Assembly (NCBI GenBank): GCA_020402865.1
Contig: JADBYT010000021.1
Span: 7,263 to 71,262, forward strand
Reading direction: 5' to 3'
Source of the DNA: Bacteroidota bacterium
Lineage (GTDB): Bacteria; Bacteroidota; Bacteroidia; Palsa-965
Length of the DNA: 64,000 nt
How positions within the stretch are numbered: position 1 is the first letter of the stretch; each line of letters starts with the position of its first letter. Of the stretch, positions 35,829 to 45,237 are shown one piece after another. The notes under the pieces are model-generated. The model was not told the DNA's origin. It searched no databases and worked only from the letters and a program-made list of their open reading frames with translations. A program made the position numbers and the translations under genes.

Positions 35829-37901
35829 TCAATGAACAGGAATATCAATTGACACGGATGTTCCGTGACCGGGTTGTGAATCGATGTGGAAAGTGGCGTT
35901 AATCTGTGTGGCACGGTTGCGCAAGCTGGTTAACCCAAGTCCTGAGCGCGACTGTGCTTTGGCTGTGTCAAAACCATTTCCATTGTCTTCCACCATAAGG
36001 TTAATATTTCCATTTTGGCGCTGAAGCTGAATTGTAACTTCCGACGCATTGGCATGACGCAAAATATTGGCCATGAGTTCGCGCACGATTTGATAAATAT
36101 TAAACTCGGTAGCTCCGTCGAGCCTGCTGTTCAGGCCGTTTGCATGAAACTCCACCTGAAGTTTATTGAGGCCGTTAATGTTATTGCATAAATTCTCAAT
36201 GGCTCTCACTAATCCGAAGGTTACCAGTTCGCCTTTATGCAAATCAGCCGCCACAAGCCGCACTTCTTCACAGGCCTCGTCGAGTATTGAATTGGCTTTT
36301 TTCAGTTTTTCAAGTTCTTCGGCCGACAGGCTTCCGGCCATATTTTCCATTAAGTTGTAATACAGTTTTGCGGTAGAAAGTTTAACACCGAGGCTATCGT
36401 GCAGATCCTGAGCAATTCGTTGCCGTTCTTTCTCTTGTGTTTCAAGCATGGTTTGAACGGCCAGTTGTTCCTGGTTGCTAAGCAGGTCTTCAATTTGCTT
36501 TTTGCTTTGCTGATTTCGTTTCTCTACAATCCGGTTTCGATACAATGCAAAAAGAAGGATGAGCAGTAAAATAATTATTACCGTCAGTGCAAGAACAATC
36601 AGATTAATTCGCTCGATGCGGGCTTTCTGATGGTCTCTTTCCTTTTCTAATAAAATTCGTTTTGCCTGCTCCTCCTTGTAAGCGATGGCAATTTCAGAGG
36701 CTTGCTGCGAAATATATTCAAGTGTATCGCGGAGTGCTCCTCCGCTTGCAGCATATCGAAAAGCCTCTGAATAGTTTTGCTTTCTGGCGTGAGCCTCGGA
36801 AAGGCAATCGCTAATTTTCTGAAGCAGAAACAAGTCTCTGATTGAAGCGGCTACTGAATCGGCTTTTACCAGATTTAAAATTGCCTCATCATATTTATTC
36901 TGCCTGATCAGCAACCGGCCAATATTAAAGTAGCAAAGCGAAAGCCCCTGTGCATAATTGGTTTTCTGATTAAACTCAAGCGATTTTCGTATATAGGCAT
37001 CAGCCTGCGAATATTCCCCTTCTTTCTCGTAATACTGGCTGATATTGATCTGCACCACAGCTAATTTATTTTCGAGCTTTAAATCAGAATAAATCGAAAT
37101 AGCTTTATTAAACGCATTTAAAGCAACAGTATCACGATTTTCCTTGAGGTAAATTCCGCCAAGATGGTTTAGTATTTCGGCCTGATATTTCTTGGTTTTA
37201 AATGTGTTGGCAATCAGCAGTGCTTCTTCAAACACACCAGCAGCACGGTTGTTTAAATTTTGTCGTTCATACACCTGCCCCATTCCCTGCAGGGCTTTAA
37301 ACCGCATAAGGCTGTCGTTTATTCGCTCAGCAGTATCGAGTACCTGCTGATAGAATGATAATGCTTTGGGATAATTGGAACGTTTCAAATGAATATTTGC
37401 GGCTCCTACCAACGCCTGCACCATTTGCTCCTTTTTATCAGGCATTGTGCCCCATATCCGGGCAGCTTCATTGGTATAATGTAACGCAGAATCATAGCTG
37501 CCTCTGTTTTTCAGGATAACTGAAAGCATATATCGGTCTCGCGCCATGCCGTGCATGTACTTGGCATTATCATCAATTGCCTTTGCGTTACGGTAGTAAT
37601 AAATTGCCGAATCGGTATTGCCGGTATTTTCAGCCAAACGCGCATACTGACAATAGGCATCGGCTTTGAGTAACCGGGTTTGTGGTGTGCCAGCCTGCGC
37701 AATTACCTGCCGAAGTATTTCGCGGCTCTTTGCCGGATCGCCCTCGCGCAACGCATAAGCACTATCAAGATTGCGGGCCAGTCTGGCTGAATCAGCAGAA
37801 ACGGAAACAGCTGACGAAGGCTGATCAGACTGTGTACAGCCTGAAAGTGATACAATAAAGCTGCAAGGAATAAATAGAAGTATAAACAAGATAAATTGCA
37901 T
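35829..37901 (-). CDS. Sensor histidine kinase with a periplasmic/N-terminal TPR array, one TM helix, HisKA_3 and HATPase_c domains.
   Basis: ATG at 37901 (MQFILFILLFIPCSFIVSLSGC, lipoprotein-like signal). Multiple TPR-like repeats, TM LIVLALTVIIILLLILLFAL, H-box RIAQDLHDSLG, ATPase motifs (MVEDNGNGF, GLGLTSLRNRATQI). Followed 10 nt later by the LuxR regulator. Confidence 0.8.
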   Translation of the reverse strand: MQFILFILLFIPCSFIVSLSGCTQSDQPSSAVSVSADSARLARNLDSAYALREGDPAKSREILRQVIAQAGTPQTRLLKADAYCQYARLAENTGNTDSAIYYYRNAKAIDDNAKYMHGMARDRYMLSVILKNRGSYDSALHYTNEAARIWGTMPDKKEQMVQALVGAANIHLKRSNYPKALSFYQQVLDTAERINDSLMRFKALQGMGQVYERQNLNNRAAGVFEEALLIANTFKTKKYQAEILNHLGGIYLKENRDTVALNAFNKAISIYSDLKLENKLAVVQINISQYYEKEGEYSQADAYIRKSLEFNQKTNYAQGLSLCYFNIGRLLIRQNKYDEAILNLVKADSVAASIRDLFLLQKISDCLSEAHARKQNYSEAFRYAASGGALRDTLEYISQQASEIAIAYKEEQAKRILLEKERDHQKARIERINLIVLALTVIIILLLILLFALYRNRIVEKRNQQSKKQIEDLLSNQEQLAVQTMLETQEKERQRIAQDLHDSLGVKLSTAKLYYNLMENMAGSLSAEELEKLKKANSILDEACEEVRLVAADLHKGELVTFGLVRAIENLCNNINGLNKLQVEFHANGLNSRLDGATEFNIYQIVRELMANILRHANASEVTIQLQRQNGNINLMVEDNGNGFDTAKAQSRSGLGLTSLRNRATQINATFHIDSQPGHGTSVSIDIPVH

Positions 37902-37984
37902 GGAAAAGAAATAATGTGGATATGGGAGTTCATACTTATGAACTCCCATAACAGATTGAATGGATCGTGAGGGCATTGGCTGCA

Positions 37985-38350
37985 TTACACAAAAATGATG
38001 GGGCGAACCTGATCTTCATTATCGCCCTGACTCACCACCACATTTACGCTGGCAGAAGAAAGCAGTGTGCTGCCATCCTTTACCATTACATTAATTTCAC
38101 GGGTGGTGCTGAAATCAATGGCTGTTACAGGAATCTGATGGTTTACAAGCGATGCCTGACGCAGCGCAGTGCTGTTTTGCGTTACATAAGCAGTAACTTC
38201 AACCGGATTAACTGTAAGATCGGCTGGCAGTGCGTAGGATTGCGCCACATAGCCCGATTTTGAAAACAGTGAGGTCAGGTAAAGGTAGTGTTCAGTACTA
38301 CCATTTACAGCTTTAGTTACAAGCTGAATAACAGGGTTTTGCATTGACAT
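37985..38350 (-). CDS. Hypothetical protein, possibly spurious.
   Basis: The ORF-track ORF starts on a non-ATG codon. The first ATG gives MSMQNPVIQLVTKAVNG…, about 121 aa, Ser/Thr/Val-rich with no recognisable motif. My coordinate count is ±1 nt uncertain here. Confidence 0.25.
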   Translation of the reverse strand: MSMQNPVIQLVTKAVNGSTEHYLYLTSLFSKSGYVAQSYALPADLTVNPVEVTAYVTQNSTALRQASLVNHQIPVTAIDFSTTREINVMVKDGSTLLSSASVNVVVSQGDNEDQVRPIIFV

Positions 38351-38560
38351 TGTTGTACGTTTAATTGGTTTACCCAAAATTGAAACAACACCGTTTGTCA
38401 ATAGTCCCAATTTTTTACGGTTTGCATATCCTCAGTTCAGAGGATTTTTAAAACCGACAAAAGACTGTTCGGGGGCATTCAATTAAAGCATTGAAATATA
38501 TAAATCTCATTCAGCATAGTTCAGCGTCTGTTGATAAATCAGCCTGAATCAATAGAACTT

Positions 38561-39064
38561 CTACCCGTTACTTTTCCAGATCATTACAAAATCTTCCATA
38601 AAATAACCTTCACCAATATCAAAGTCGGCCACTTTATCAATCACAAACCCCAAACGGAAGTAGAAGTTTACCGACTTGTAATTCTTACGGTTAACCGTAA
38701 GTGTCCACTGCTTCAGTTCTGGAAAAAGCGCAGTTGTGGCTGCAAAAACAGCTTTTCCAAGTCCGCGTGCCTGCAAAGACGGATCAATATAAAATTTGTG
38801 CAGGAAATAATGCCCTTCCTCTTTTTGTGATACGGCAATGTAGCCTGCTTTTATTTCGCCCGCATAAATCAGGTAAAACAGTTGGCCTTCCTGCATTTGT
38901 TTAAGCAGCGCAGGTTCAGAATACATGTTACTGAGCATATAATCAACCTGCTTCTGACCGATAATTTGCGGGTAATGCTGCTGCCAGATGTGTGCCGCCA
39001 GTTTGGCTATGGAACTGGCATCGTGTGTGGTGGCTTCAATAAGTCTTACTTCATGCGGGCTCAT
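38561..39064 (-). CDS. GNAT-family N-acetyltransferase.
   Basis: The internal ATG at 39064 gives MSPHEVRLIEATTHDASSIAKLAAHIWQQHYPQII…, with acetyl-CoA motif QARGLGKAVFAAT and C-terminal FYFRLGF. Confidence 0.65.
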   Translation of the reverse strand: MSPHEVRLIEATTHDASSIAKLAAHIWQQHYPQIIGQKQVDYMLSNMYSEPALLKQMQEGQLFYLIYAGEIKAGYIAVSQKEEGHYFLHKFYIDPSLQARGLGKAVFAATTALFPELKQWTLTVNRKNYKSVNFYFRLGFVIDKVADFDIGEGYFMEDFVMIWKSNG

Positions 39065-39189
39065 ACACAAAGATGGGTAATGCTGCACAAATAAAAAAGC
39101 TTCCGCAGCATCGCAATTCTGAGTAAGATTCAGAATTGCGATGCTGCGGAAGCTCAAAGGCACAACCTATTGCCGGATGAACTGTGGGT

Positions 39190-41196
39190 TTATTCGATCA
39201 CGAGCGGCTGCTTTTCGCGCCCACCATCAGCATAATCCACTGCTAGTAAATAGTAGCCGGAAGAAAGGCCATTAAGTTCGATTGTAATTTTACCGGATGC
39301 GGCAGCACAGCTTACTGATTTTACAACTTTGCCCTGTGCATCGTAAATAGTAATGCTTTGCGGGTTTTCTCGGCCAGGTGTAATTTCAACACGGTCTTTT
39401 GCCGGATTGGGAAATACAAACAAGGTTTGTCCGGCTGGTGTGGTTTGGGCAAGCCGCTGATTAAAATCTCCGGCGTCAACCGAAGTACAATATACATTCA
39501 TACAATCGGTAATTAAATTACCAAACGGATCGTACACACAACTTATAGCGGTAAGGCACACATTGTAGGTTCCGGGATTGCTGTATGTATGAAAAGTAAC
39601 AGGCGTAAACGACTCGGTGCTTCCATCACCAAAATCCCATATATAATTGCATAATGTGCCGTTAGTCACGGTGATATCCTGCATAAATACATGGGAATAG
39701 CCTGATCCCATTGGCCAGAAGAACGCATTCACCTCGCAGTTTACCGAAGACGGATCGGTTGGGCAAACCGTTACCGGTTTACACACTTGCGTGGTGCAGG
39801 CCGGGCCACTTGAGGGTTGTGCCACAATAGTGAGACATACATTGTAGGTGCGTGAAGTAGTTGTAAGGAAAAGATGGCCGGGGTTTTGCTGATTAGAAGT
39901 AGTACCGTCGCCAAAATCCCAGTGCCACGAAACCACATTGGTGCCACCTGTATTGGTGCCACTGAAGGCAACCGGATTACAAAGTGAGGTAGTAAAATCG
40001 GGCTGTGCATTGCAAGGACAATTTACAGGTGCAATATTTACTGTTTGGGTAGCCATACAACTCTGCCTGAAATCACTGATATGCTTTACGGTAAGTGTAT
40101 AGGTGCCGGCCAACTGTTCGGTGACATTTGGAATTGAAAAAGCCGAACCAAATTTACTGAATCCATTAGGGCCACTCCAGCTATATACATAATCATTACA
40201 ACTCAACACAGGCGAGGCACTGAGATTAAGAACTCCTCCGCATTGGGGATTTGTGTTTCCGCTTATGCTAAATGCTGGTGGAGAAGAATTAATAGTGATC
40301 CGAACTTTTTGACCACCATCAGCACATATTTCACAGTTTTCATTGGGTAATACTATTAATGCCTCATACTCTTGTGTAGTACACGGACTAACAGTTACTA
40401 CGGCTCCTTGCGTACTGCTAAGTCCAGGAGCGGGTGTCCATTTCACAATTGCATTTGGTGGAAGATTATTTACAGTAAGTGTAGCAGACTGACACCAGGT
40501 TATATTGTTTGTGCTGGCTGTAATAAATGCGCCGGATAAGGTGGAACTAATTTCATTTACTACTACTTTATCCACCTGAATTTCCAACTGATTCATATTG
40601 TTTCCCAGGTTTCCGTCGCCGCGTGAAGGATAAATCCATAAGCGATTATAGTTTGATGAAGCCTGAAACTGATACGATACCAGTGTCCAGCTGGGGTAGC
40701 TTACCGAGGAAGATGCAATTATCTGCGAGGAAACAGATGGAATGGCATAATTGGCATTGGAGGACGGTGGGGAGTAAACAGGCAGATTATTGGCTGCTTT
40801 CACATTCATTCGTCCGTTTGTCTGATTGCCAAAATTGCCATTGTTTTTTACCCAGAAACATACCTGATACTTTTTTCCATTCTCGAAATTGTAACACGTA
40901 TGTATTCCTTCCCCGATTCCCTCCGCAGCCCACATCCATACCGAACGCTGATTGTTATCTGGAGGGCAATCGGTATTAAATAAAGAGGGATTGCCATGTG
41001 ATACAAACCATTTATCTACAGTGAGGCTTGGGGAGTTCATCTGGTTCATATTACCGGGTGCAGATATAGACGAGAACCCTCCGTTTTCTATACATGTGCA
41101 GCCTTGCGCGCTTGCCTTTTGTGAACCGGCGCTGAGAAAAAGAATCAACAATGCACTTATTGCTGACTTTCTCTGAAAGAAATTATTTGTTTTCAT
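39190..41196 (-). CDS. Secreted multi-PKD-domain protein with a type-A T9SS C-terminal sorting domain.
   Basis: 668 aa with signal peptide. Two WxFGDG…PGTYNVCLT PKD motifs. C-terminal approx. 80 aa LFVFPNPAKDRVEI…ITIYDAQGKVVKSV…GYYLL resemble the Por-secretion CTD (TIGR04183-like, recalled). Confidence 0.7.
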   Translation of the reverse strand: MKTNNFFQRKSAISALLILFLSAGSQKASAQGCTCIENGGFSSISAPGNMNQMNSPSLTVDKWFVSHGNPSLFNTDCPPDNNQRSVWMWAAEGIGEGIHTCYNFENGKKYQVCFWVKNNGNFGNQTNGRMNVKAANNLPVYSPPSSNANYAIPSVSSQIIASSSVSYPSWTLVSYQFQASSNYNRLWIYPSRGDGNLGNNMNQLEIQVDKVVVNEISSTLSGAFITASTNNITWCQSATLTVNNLPPNAIVKWTPAPGLSSTQGAVVTVSPCTTQEYEALIVLPNENCEICADGGQKVRITINSSPPAFSISGNTNPQCGGVLNLSASPVLSCNDYVYSWSGPNGFSKFGSAFSIPNVTEQLAGTYTLTVKHISDFRQSCMATQTVNIAPVNCPCNAQPDFTTSLCNPVAFSGTNTGGTNVVSWHWDFGDGTTSNQQNPGHLFLTTTSRTYNVCLTIVAQPSSGPACTTQVCKPVTVCPTDPSSVNCEVNAFFWPMGSGYSHVFMQDITVTNGTLCNYIWDFGDGSTESFTPVTFHTYSNPGTYNVCLTAISCVYDPFGNLITDCMNVYCTSVDAGDFNQRLAQTTPAGQTLFVFPNPAKDRVEITPGRENPQSITIYDAQGKVVKSVSCAAASGKITIELNGLSSGYYLLAVDYADGGREKQPLVIE

Positions 41197-41511
41197 AATA
41201 ATGTGTTTTTGATGAGAAAAATGAAGCGCGCTTTTGCTTATTCAATATTAAAGTATATGAATAATAAATAGTATTAACTCGTGTTAATTATCCGAAATCA
41301 TTACTAATTTTAGTTTAACACATACCTGAAACACTTTTTACAGGTCTGATATAAATAAAAAACTCCCGCAGCACCCGTTTTCCTGAATTCGGTTCAGAAT
41401 AACGGTTCCGCAGAAGCCGAAAAACGCTAACAGGCTCTAAAGGCTTTTCACGGTTAAATCAGCACTGAGGAGTTTGCTGTTTACCGTTTTAGAGTATAAA
41501 TGTTGTTTTTA

Positions 41512-42240
41512 TTACATCAGCAATATTCGGACAATAGCGGCTCCTCCCATAAAAAGCGAACCTAAAAAAGAAGCTATCATAATGAGCCAACTGAATACAA
41601 GAAACAAAACGGATAATCCACTTCCTCCTGTTACGGCTTTGTTGTTTACCTCTTTAACTTCATTAACTACTGATGATGTTCTTTTGATGCCTGCAATGGA
41701 AAAAATTAATGCGCTGAGAAATGCAATAAAGGAAATAACTGTAAGCCCAACAAGTAAATAGGTACCAATAGTCAGAATCATTAATACAACGGCAAGTACA
41801 AACAGCGTAATGGAAAGCATAAAGTATATTTGCGACCATTTCCGGTTTTCTTCCAGCGAGGCCTTCTTTGCTTTTGAGCGTTCGGGCTTAACAATAAAAG
41901 TATCGGCAGGTATTCGCCGTTGAGCTTCTGTAACAAGCTGAACAGTTGTGATTGCATCTTGCTGTGCAGGCTGTATCGTTTCATTGGCCGGTTTGAGGCC
42001 ATCAGAAGCCGGATAATCAACCACGGCAGTCGTATCGGGAATACCGATATTTTCACTTGTTGTTTTGCAATCCTGCGCAGTGGCATTTGCCGGAATGTTT
42101 TGCTGCACATTATTGTGGTTTCCACCAGACTCGGTTGTTGAAATATACCAGCCTTTGCGGTAGCGACGCTTTTCAATATGATTCATGCTACAGCTACCGA
42201 GCATTAACGTAAACAGGATGAGTAATGACAGCGCTTTCAT
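41512..42240 (-). CDS. Lipoprotein-signal protein with a conserved N-terminal HIEKRRYRKGWY motif, a low-complexity linker and a C-terminal multi-TM domain. Paralog A.
   Basis: 242 aa, MKALSLLILFTLMLGSCS lipobox, three predicted C-terminal TM helices. Paralogous to 42663..43418. Confidence 0.45.
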   Translation of the reverse strand: MKALSLLILFTLMLGSCSMNHIEKRRYRKGWYISTTESGGNHNNVQQNIPANATAQDCKTTSENIGIPDTTAVVDYPASDGLKPANETIQPAQQDAITTVQLVTEAQRRIPADTFIVKPERSKAKKASLEENRKWSQIYFMLSITLFVLAVVLMILTIGTYLLVGLTVISFIAFLSALIFSIAGIKRTSSVVNEVKEVNNKAVTGGSGLSVLFLVFSWLIMIASFLGSLFMGGAAIVRILLM

Positions 42241-42248
42241 TTCTTCAA

Positions 42249-42488
42249 TTATTTAATTCCTTTTGATGATCCAATATACACCAAAATCCCTATACACATA
42301 AGACATTGAACAGCTAAACAAATAAATAATGTCAGGAAAAACCGAATCGGAAACTGTGAATAGATGTAGCCGACACCAATAAGCTGTATGAGTTGAATAA
42401 ACGATAACACAATTAACATATACGAAAGTGCACGAAACTGGCTACCGTTGAAGGAAAACTGTTTCAAACTGAATTTTATCCTTTTCAT
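42249..42488 (-). CDS. Small hydrophobic protein (hypothetical), between the two paralogs.
   Basis: 79 aa, two predicted TM helices, 8 nt from the upstream gene's stop. Confidence 0.3.
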   Translation of the reverse strand: MKRIKFSLKQFSFNGSQFRALSYMLIVLSFIQLIQLIGVGYIYSQFPIRFFLTLFICLAVQCLMCIGILVYIGSSKGIK

Positions 42489-42662
42489 TTTCCTGATGTT
42501 CTACTTTTTTCGCATTGCGGTGGCCGGGTAATATGCCACATTATTAATTTTTACCCGGCCACGTTGTCTGGCTGATGAGGTTATCAGACTTCCCTGAACA
42601 GTGTTGTAATCAGGTAATGAATTGCATTGCCTGCAGATTCAGTTTTATGAGATGCTCGTTTC

Positions 42663-43418
42663 TCAAACAAATTCGCTGAGAATAATAAATGGCATTAACA
42701 CCAATAGCACAAGAAACACAGCTACCATCACAGCGCCAAGTGCGATCATTGCCACCAGCGAACCTCTCAGGTTACGTGCGGCTTTTTCGGGTGTGTGCGT
42801 ACCACGATGACGCTGTACAAGATCAATAATACCTGCTATTAACAGTGCAAGACCCAATAAAAACGAAAAGAACCATAAAAACGGGGTAGCCAATAATAGA
42901 AAGAAGGTAACCACAGTAATTAACACCAAACCAACAGCTATTTTCACTGCCGGATGAATACTTGCCGCAATATTCCGGGTTTCGTCGAGCGTAGGAATAT
43001 GCGGATATCTGTTCACCGGCATTTTCGACGATAGAATGCTGCGTTTACTTTCCTCTGCCTGCACTTGTTTTGTGTCTGAAACATTTCGATTATTATTCTC
43101 TGTTTTGGCTGTTTGGTTGTCTGAACCCGCCTGTGGAGGCATACAGCTGTTCTGTTCACAAGCAGTTGCTGAATCCGTATTTTCAGCGATGATATTTTCC
43201 GATGCCGTAACGGTTTTTACCAATGCTTCCGTTGCAGCCGTTTTTTCGTCGGAATTAATATCCGTAATTGCAGTGTTGGGTGAAACTTTTTCACTGACCT
43301 TGCTGCGGTTAGTATTGCTTACATACCAGCCTTTACGGTACTTGCGCTGTTCGATATGCAACGAGCTGCAGCTGCTGAGAAAAAATGTGATAATAAAAAG
43401 TGCGAGAAAATTTTTCAT
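42663..43418 (-). CDS. Lipoprotein-signal protein with an N-terminal HIEQRKYRKGWY motif and a C-terminal multi-TM domain. Paralog B.
   Basis: 251 aa, MKNFLALFIITFFLSSCS lipobox. Same domain order as 41512..42240. Confidence 0.45.
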   Translation of the reverse strand: MKNFLALFIITFFLSSCSSLHIEQRKYRKGWYVSNTNRSKVSEKVSPNTAITDINSDEKTAATEALVKTVTASENIIAENTDSATACEQNSCMPPQAGSDNQTAKTENNNRNVSDTKQVQAEESKRSILSSKMPVNRYPHIPTLDETRNIAASIHPAVKIAVGLVLITVVTFFLLLATPFLWFFSFLLGLALLIAGIIDLVQRHRGTHTPEKAARNLRGSLVAMIALGAVMVAVFLVLLVLMPFIILSEFV

Positions 43419-43732
43419 TGTTTTAGCTTGTTAAGTGAAATTTATAGAACAAATGGAAATGTTATTTAGGGGATGATTTGGTGAATCAGTAATTTATTGG
43501 GGGTGCAGGTAAACTTCCCGGAACAGTATAGTGAGGGATTTCCGGGGTTGAGTTATGCCAGCCGCTTTGCAACCAGAGCCGCCATGCTTTCTGCCGTTCG
43601 TCAGCACCACGCACAAGCAGGGTGTGCATATCATTGGCTGTAATCCGGCTGAACCAGAAGCAGATGAGTAAACTGAGTTTACAAAGCGGCCAGGCGTGAC
43701 TAAAAAGTAAACGACGCATCTTGGTAGTCAGG

Positions 43733-44881
43733 TTAGCTTCTGTTGCGTGCGTTGTAGCCTATCGAAAGTCCGAAACGCCAGCCGCTGCGGGCCGGAATGG
43801 CATATATATTTACCGGCACGTTCACATTACCTGTGCGGAACGATTTACCCATGGCAAATACAAACGACGAATGCAGCATTACATCGCCCCTGCTGTCGAG
43901 ACGGGAGATGTAATCGGGTTGCGTCAATTGCTGGTTGGCGGGCTCAGCATTCCATTCGTTTTTAGTAATCCAGTTTCCGCTGGCATCATAAAATCCATCG
44001 TTTACGGTAATTAGATTAAGCGAAGGGCCAAAGGCAAACTCCCAGCCGCTTTTGCTGCCGCGTAAACCGTTCATAATGGTGAAACTGGGTATAAACAAAC
44101 CCTGATCGAGACCGGTAATCATGGGAATGAATTCGAACAGCGCCTGAAAATTACCGGCAGTGAGATATTGCTTCTCAAACTGATAGCCAAACTGAAACAT
44201 ATAAGGCACCGCATTAAAGCCACCTTGCGCTTTGGGCAGGCCAAGTATATGTGCTGTTTCACCTGTAAACAGGGTGGCGCCCATGCGAGGCCCGTCGAGA
44301 CGTAGTTTTTCGGTTTTGGGTGAGCGCGAACGCATTTCATAAGCTCCCGGCTTTTGCAGCTGTGCAATTACCAGTTCTTCTACCGGGCGATTAAACATGC
44401 TGCGCAGCATTACCGTAGTCATGGTTTGTATTTCATTCGGATCATAAATAAATTCCATCACTTTGGTGCGTTCCACTGTTTCGGTGGGCACATCAATAAA
44501 CTGAAGTGTATAAACCAGCTGATCGCCCAAACGCTCAATATTGCCTGTAATCATTTTCTGTACACCCAATGCCTTACCAGCCTCTACCACGCACAGGCGT
44601 CCAAAACACTCGTCGGTTTTAAGGCCGGCTTTTTGAAGCAGTGTTTGCATTTCATAACGGTCGAGTACATTAAACGTATCCAGTTTCTGCACTTCAAGCC
44701 TGACCATGCTGCCCATTTGTTCGTCTTTAAATTCGGGCAGATTGGAGTCGATATGCATCACGCCCGCCTTTATGCGCGATGACTGGGCCTGCAGCGGCTC
44801 CGTTTGAAAAAACAGAAAGGCCGCAAAAACAAGTGCTTTGTGAAATACCCGTGAAATAGTATGATTAATGTGTGTTTTCAT
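43733..44881 (-). CDS. Exported hypothetical protein with a CsgG/LpoB-like N-terminal region and a beta-rich C-terminal half.
   Basis: Internal ATG at 44881 (MKTHINHTISRVFHKALVFAAFLFFQTEPLQAQ). Segment CFGRLCVVEAGKALGVQKMITGNIERLGDQLVYTLQFIDVPTETV resembles the CsgG-like fold. Ends in an aromatic/basic beta pattern. Confidence 0.4.
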   Translation of the reverse strand: MKTHINHTISRVFHKALVFAAFLFFQTEPLQAQSSRIKAGVMHIDSNLPEFKDEQMGSMVRLEVQKLDTFNVLDRYEMQTLLQKAGLKTDECFGRLCVVEAGKALGVQKMITGNIERLGDQLVYTLQFIDVPTETVERTKVMEFIYDPNEIQTMTTVMLRSMFNRPVEELVIAQLQKPGAYEMRSRSPKTEKLRLDGPRMGATLFTGETAHILGLPKAQGGFNAVPYMFQFGYQFEKQYLTAGNFQALFEFIPMITGLDQGLFIPSFTIMNGLRGSKSGWEFAFGPSLNLITVNDGFYDASGNWITKNEWNAEPANQQLTQPDYISRLDSRGDVMLHSSFVFAMGKSFRTGNVNVPVNIYAIPARSGWRFGLSIGYNARNRS

Positions 44882-45237
44882 TTTACAGTTCGTTTGTTTG
44901 AACAAGGCAAAACTAAATTGACACATCAACGCTATGAAACGGCTGTTTGCGTTAACCCGGTTGCATGCTGGCGTTAATCGCTTTTTTGGGAAACTGCACA
45001 ATGATTTTGCACTGCTCTTTTGCAATTATTGCAAATACCCTGCTTACTCTTGCACGAATCCCTTGAAAAAATTGAATAACTACGGGTTTCAACCAAAAGA
45101 ATTTTTTGGTGTACGAATATTGTCCTGTCCGAAAACTTAAGTTTGCTCAAAAGTCTGCCCATTCACTAACACATACCGCTGAGTTAAGAAAACAAACAAT
45201 ATATTTATACCAGATCACCCGCTCAGAACCCTCAAGA

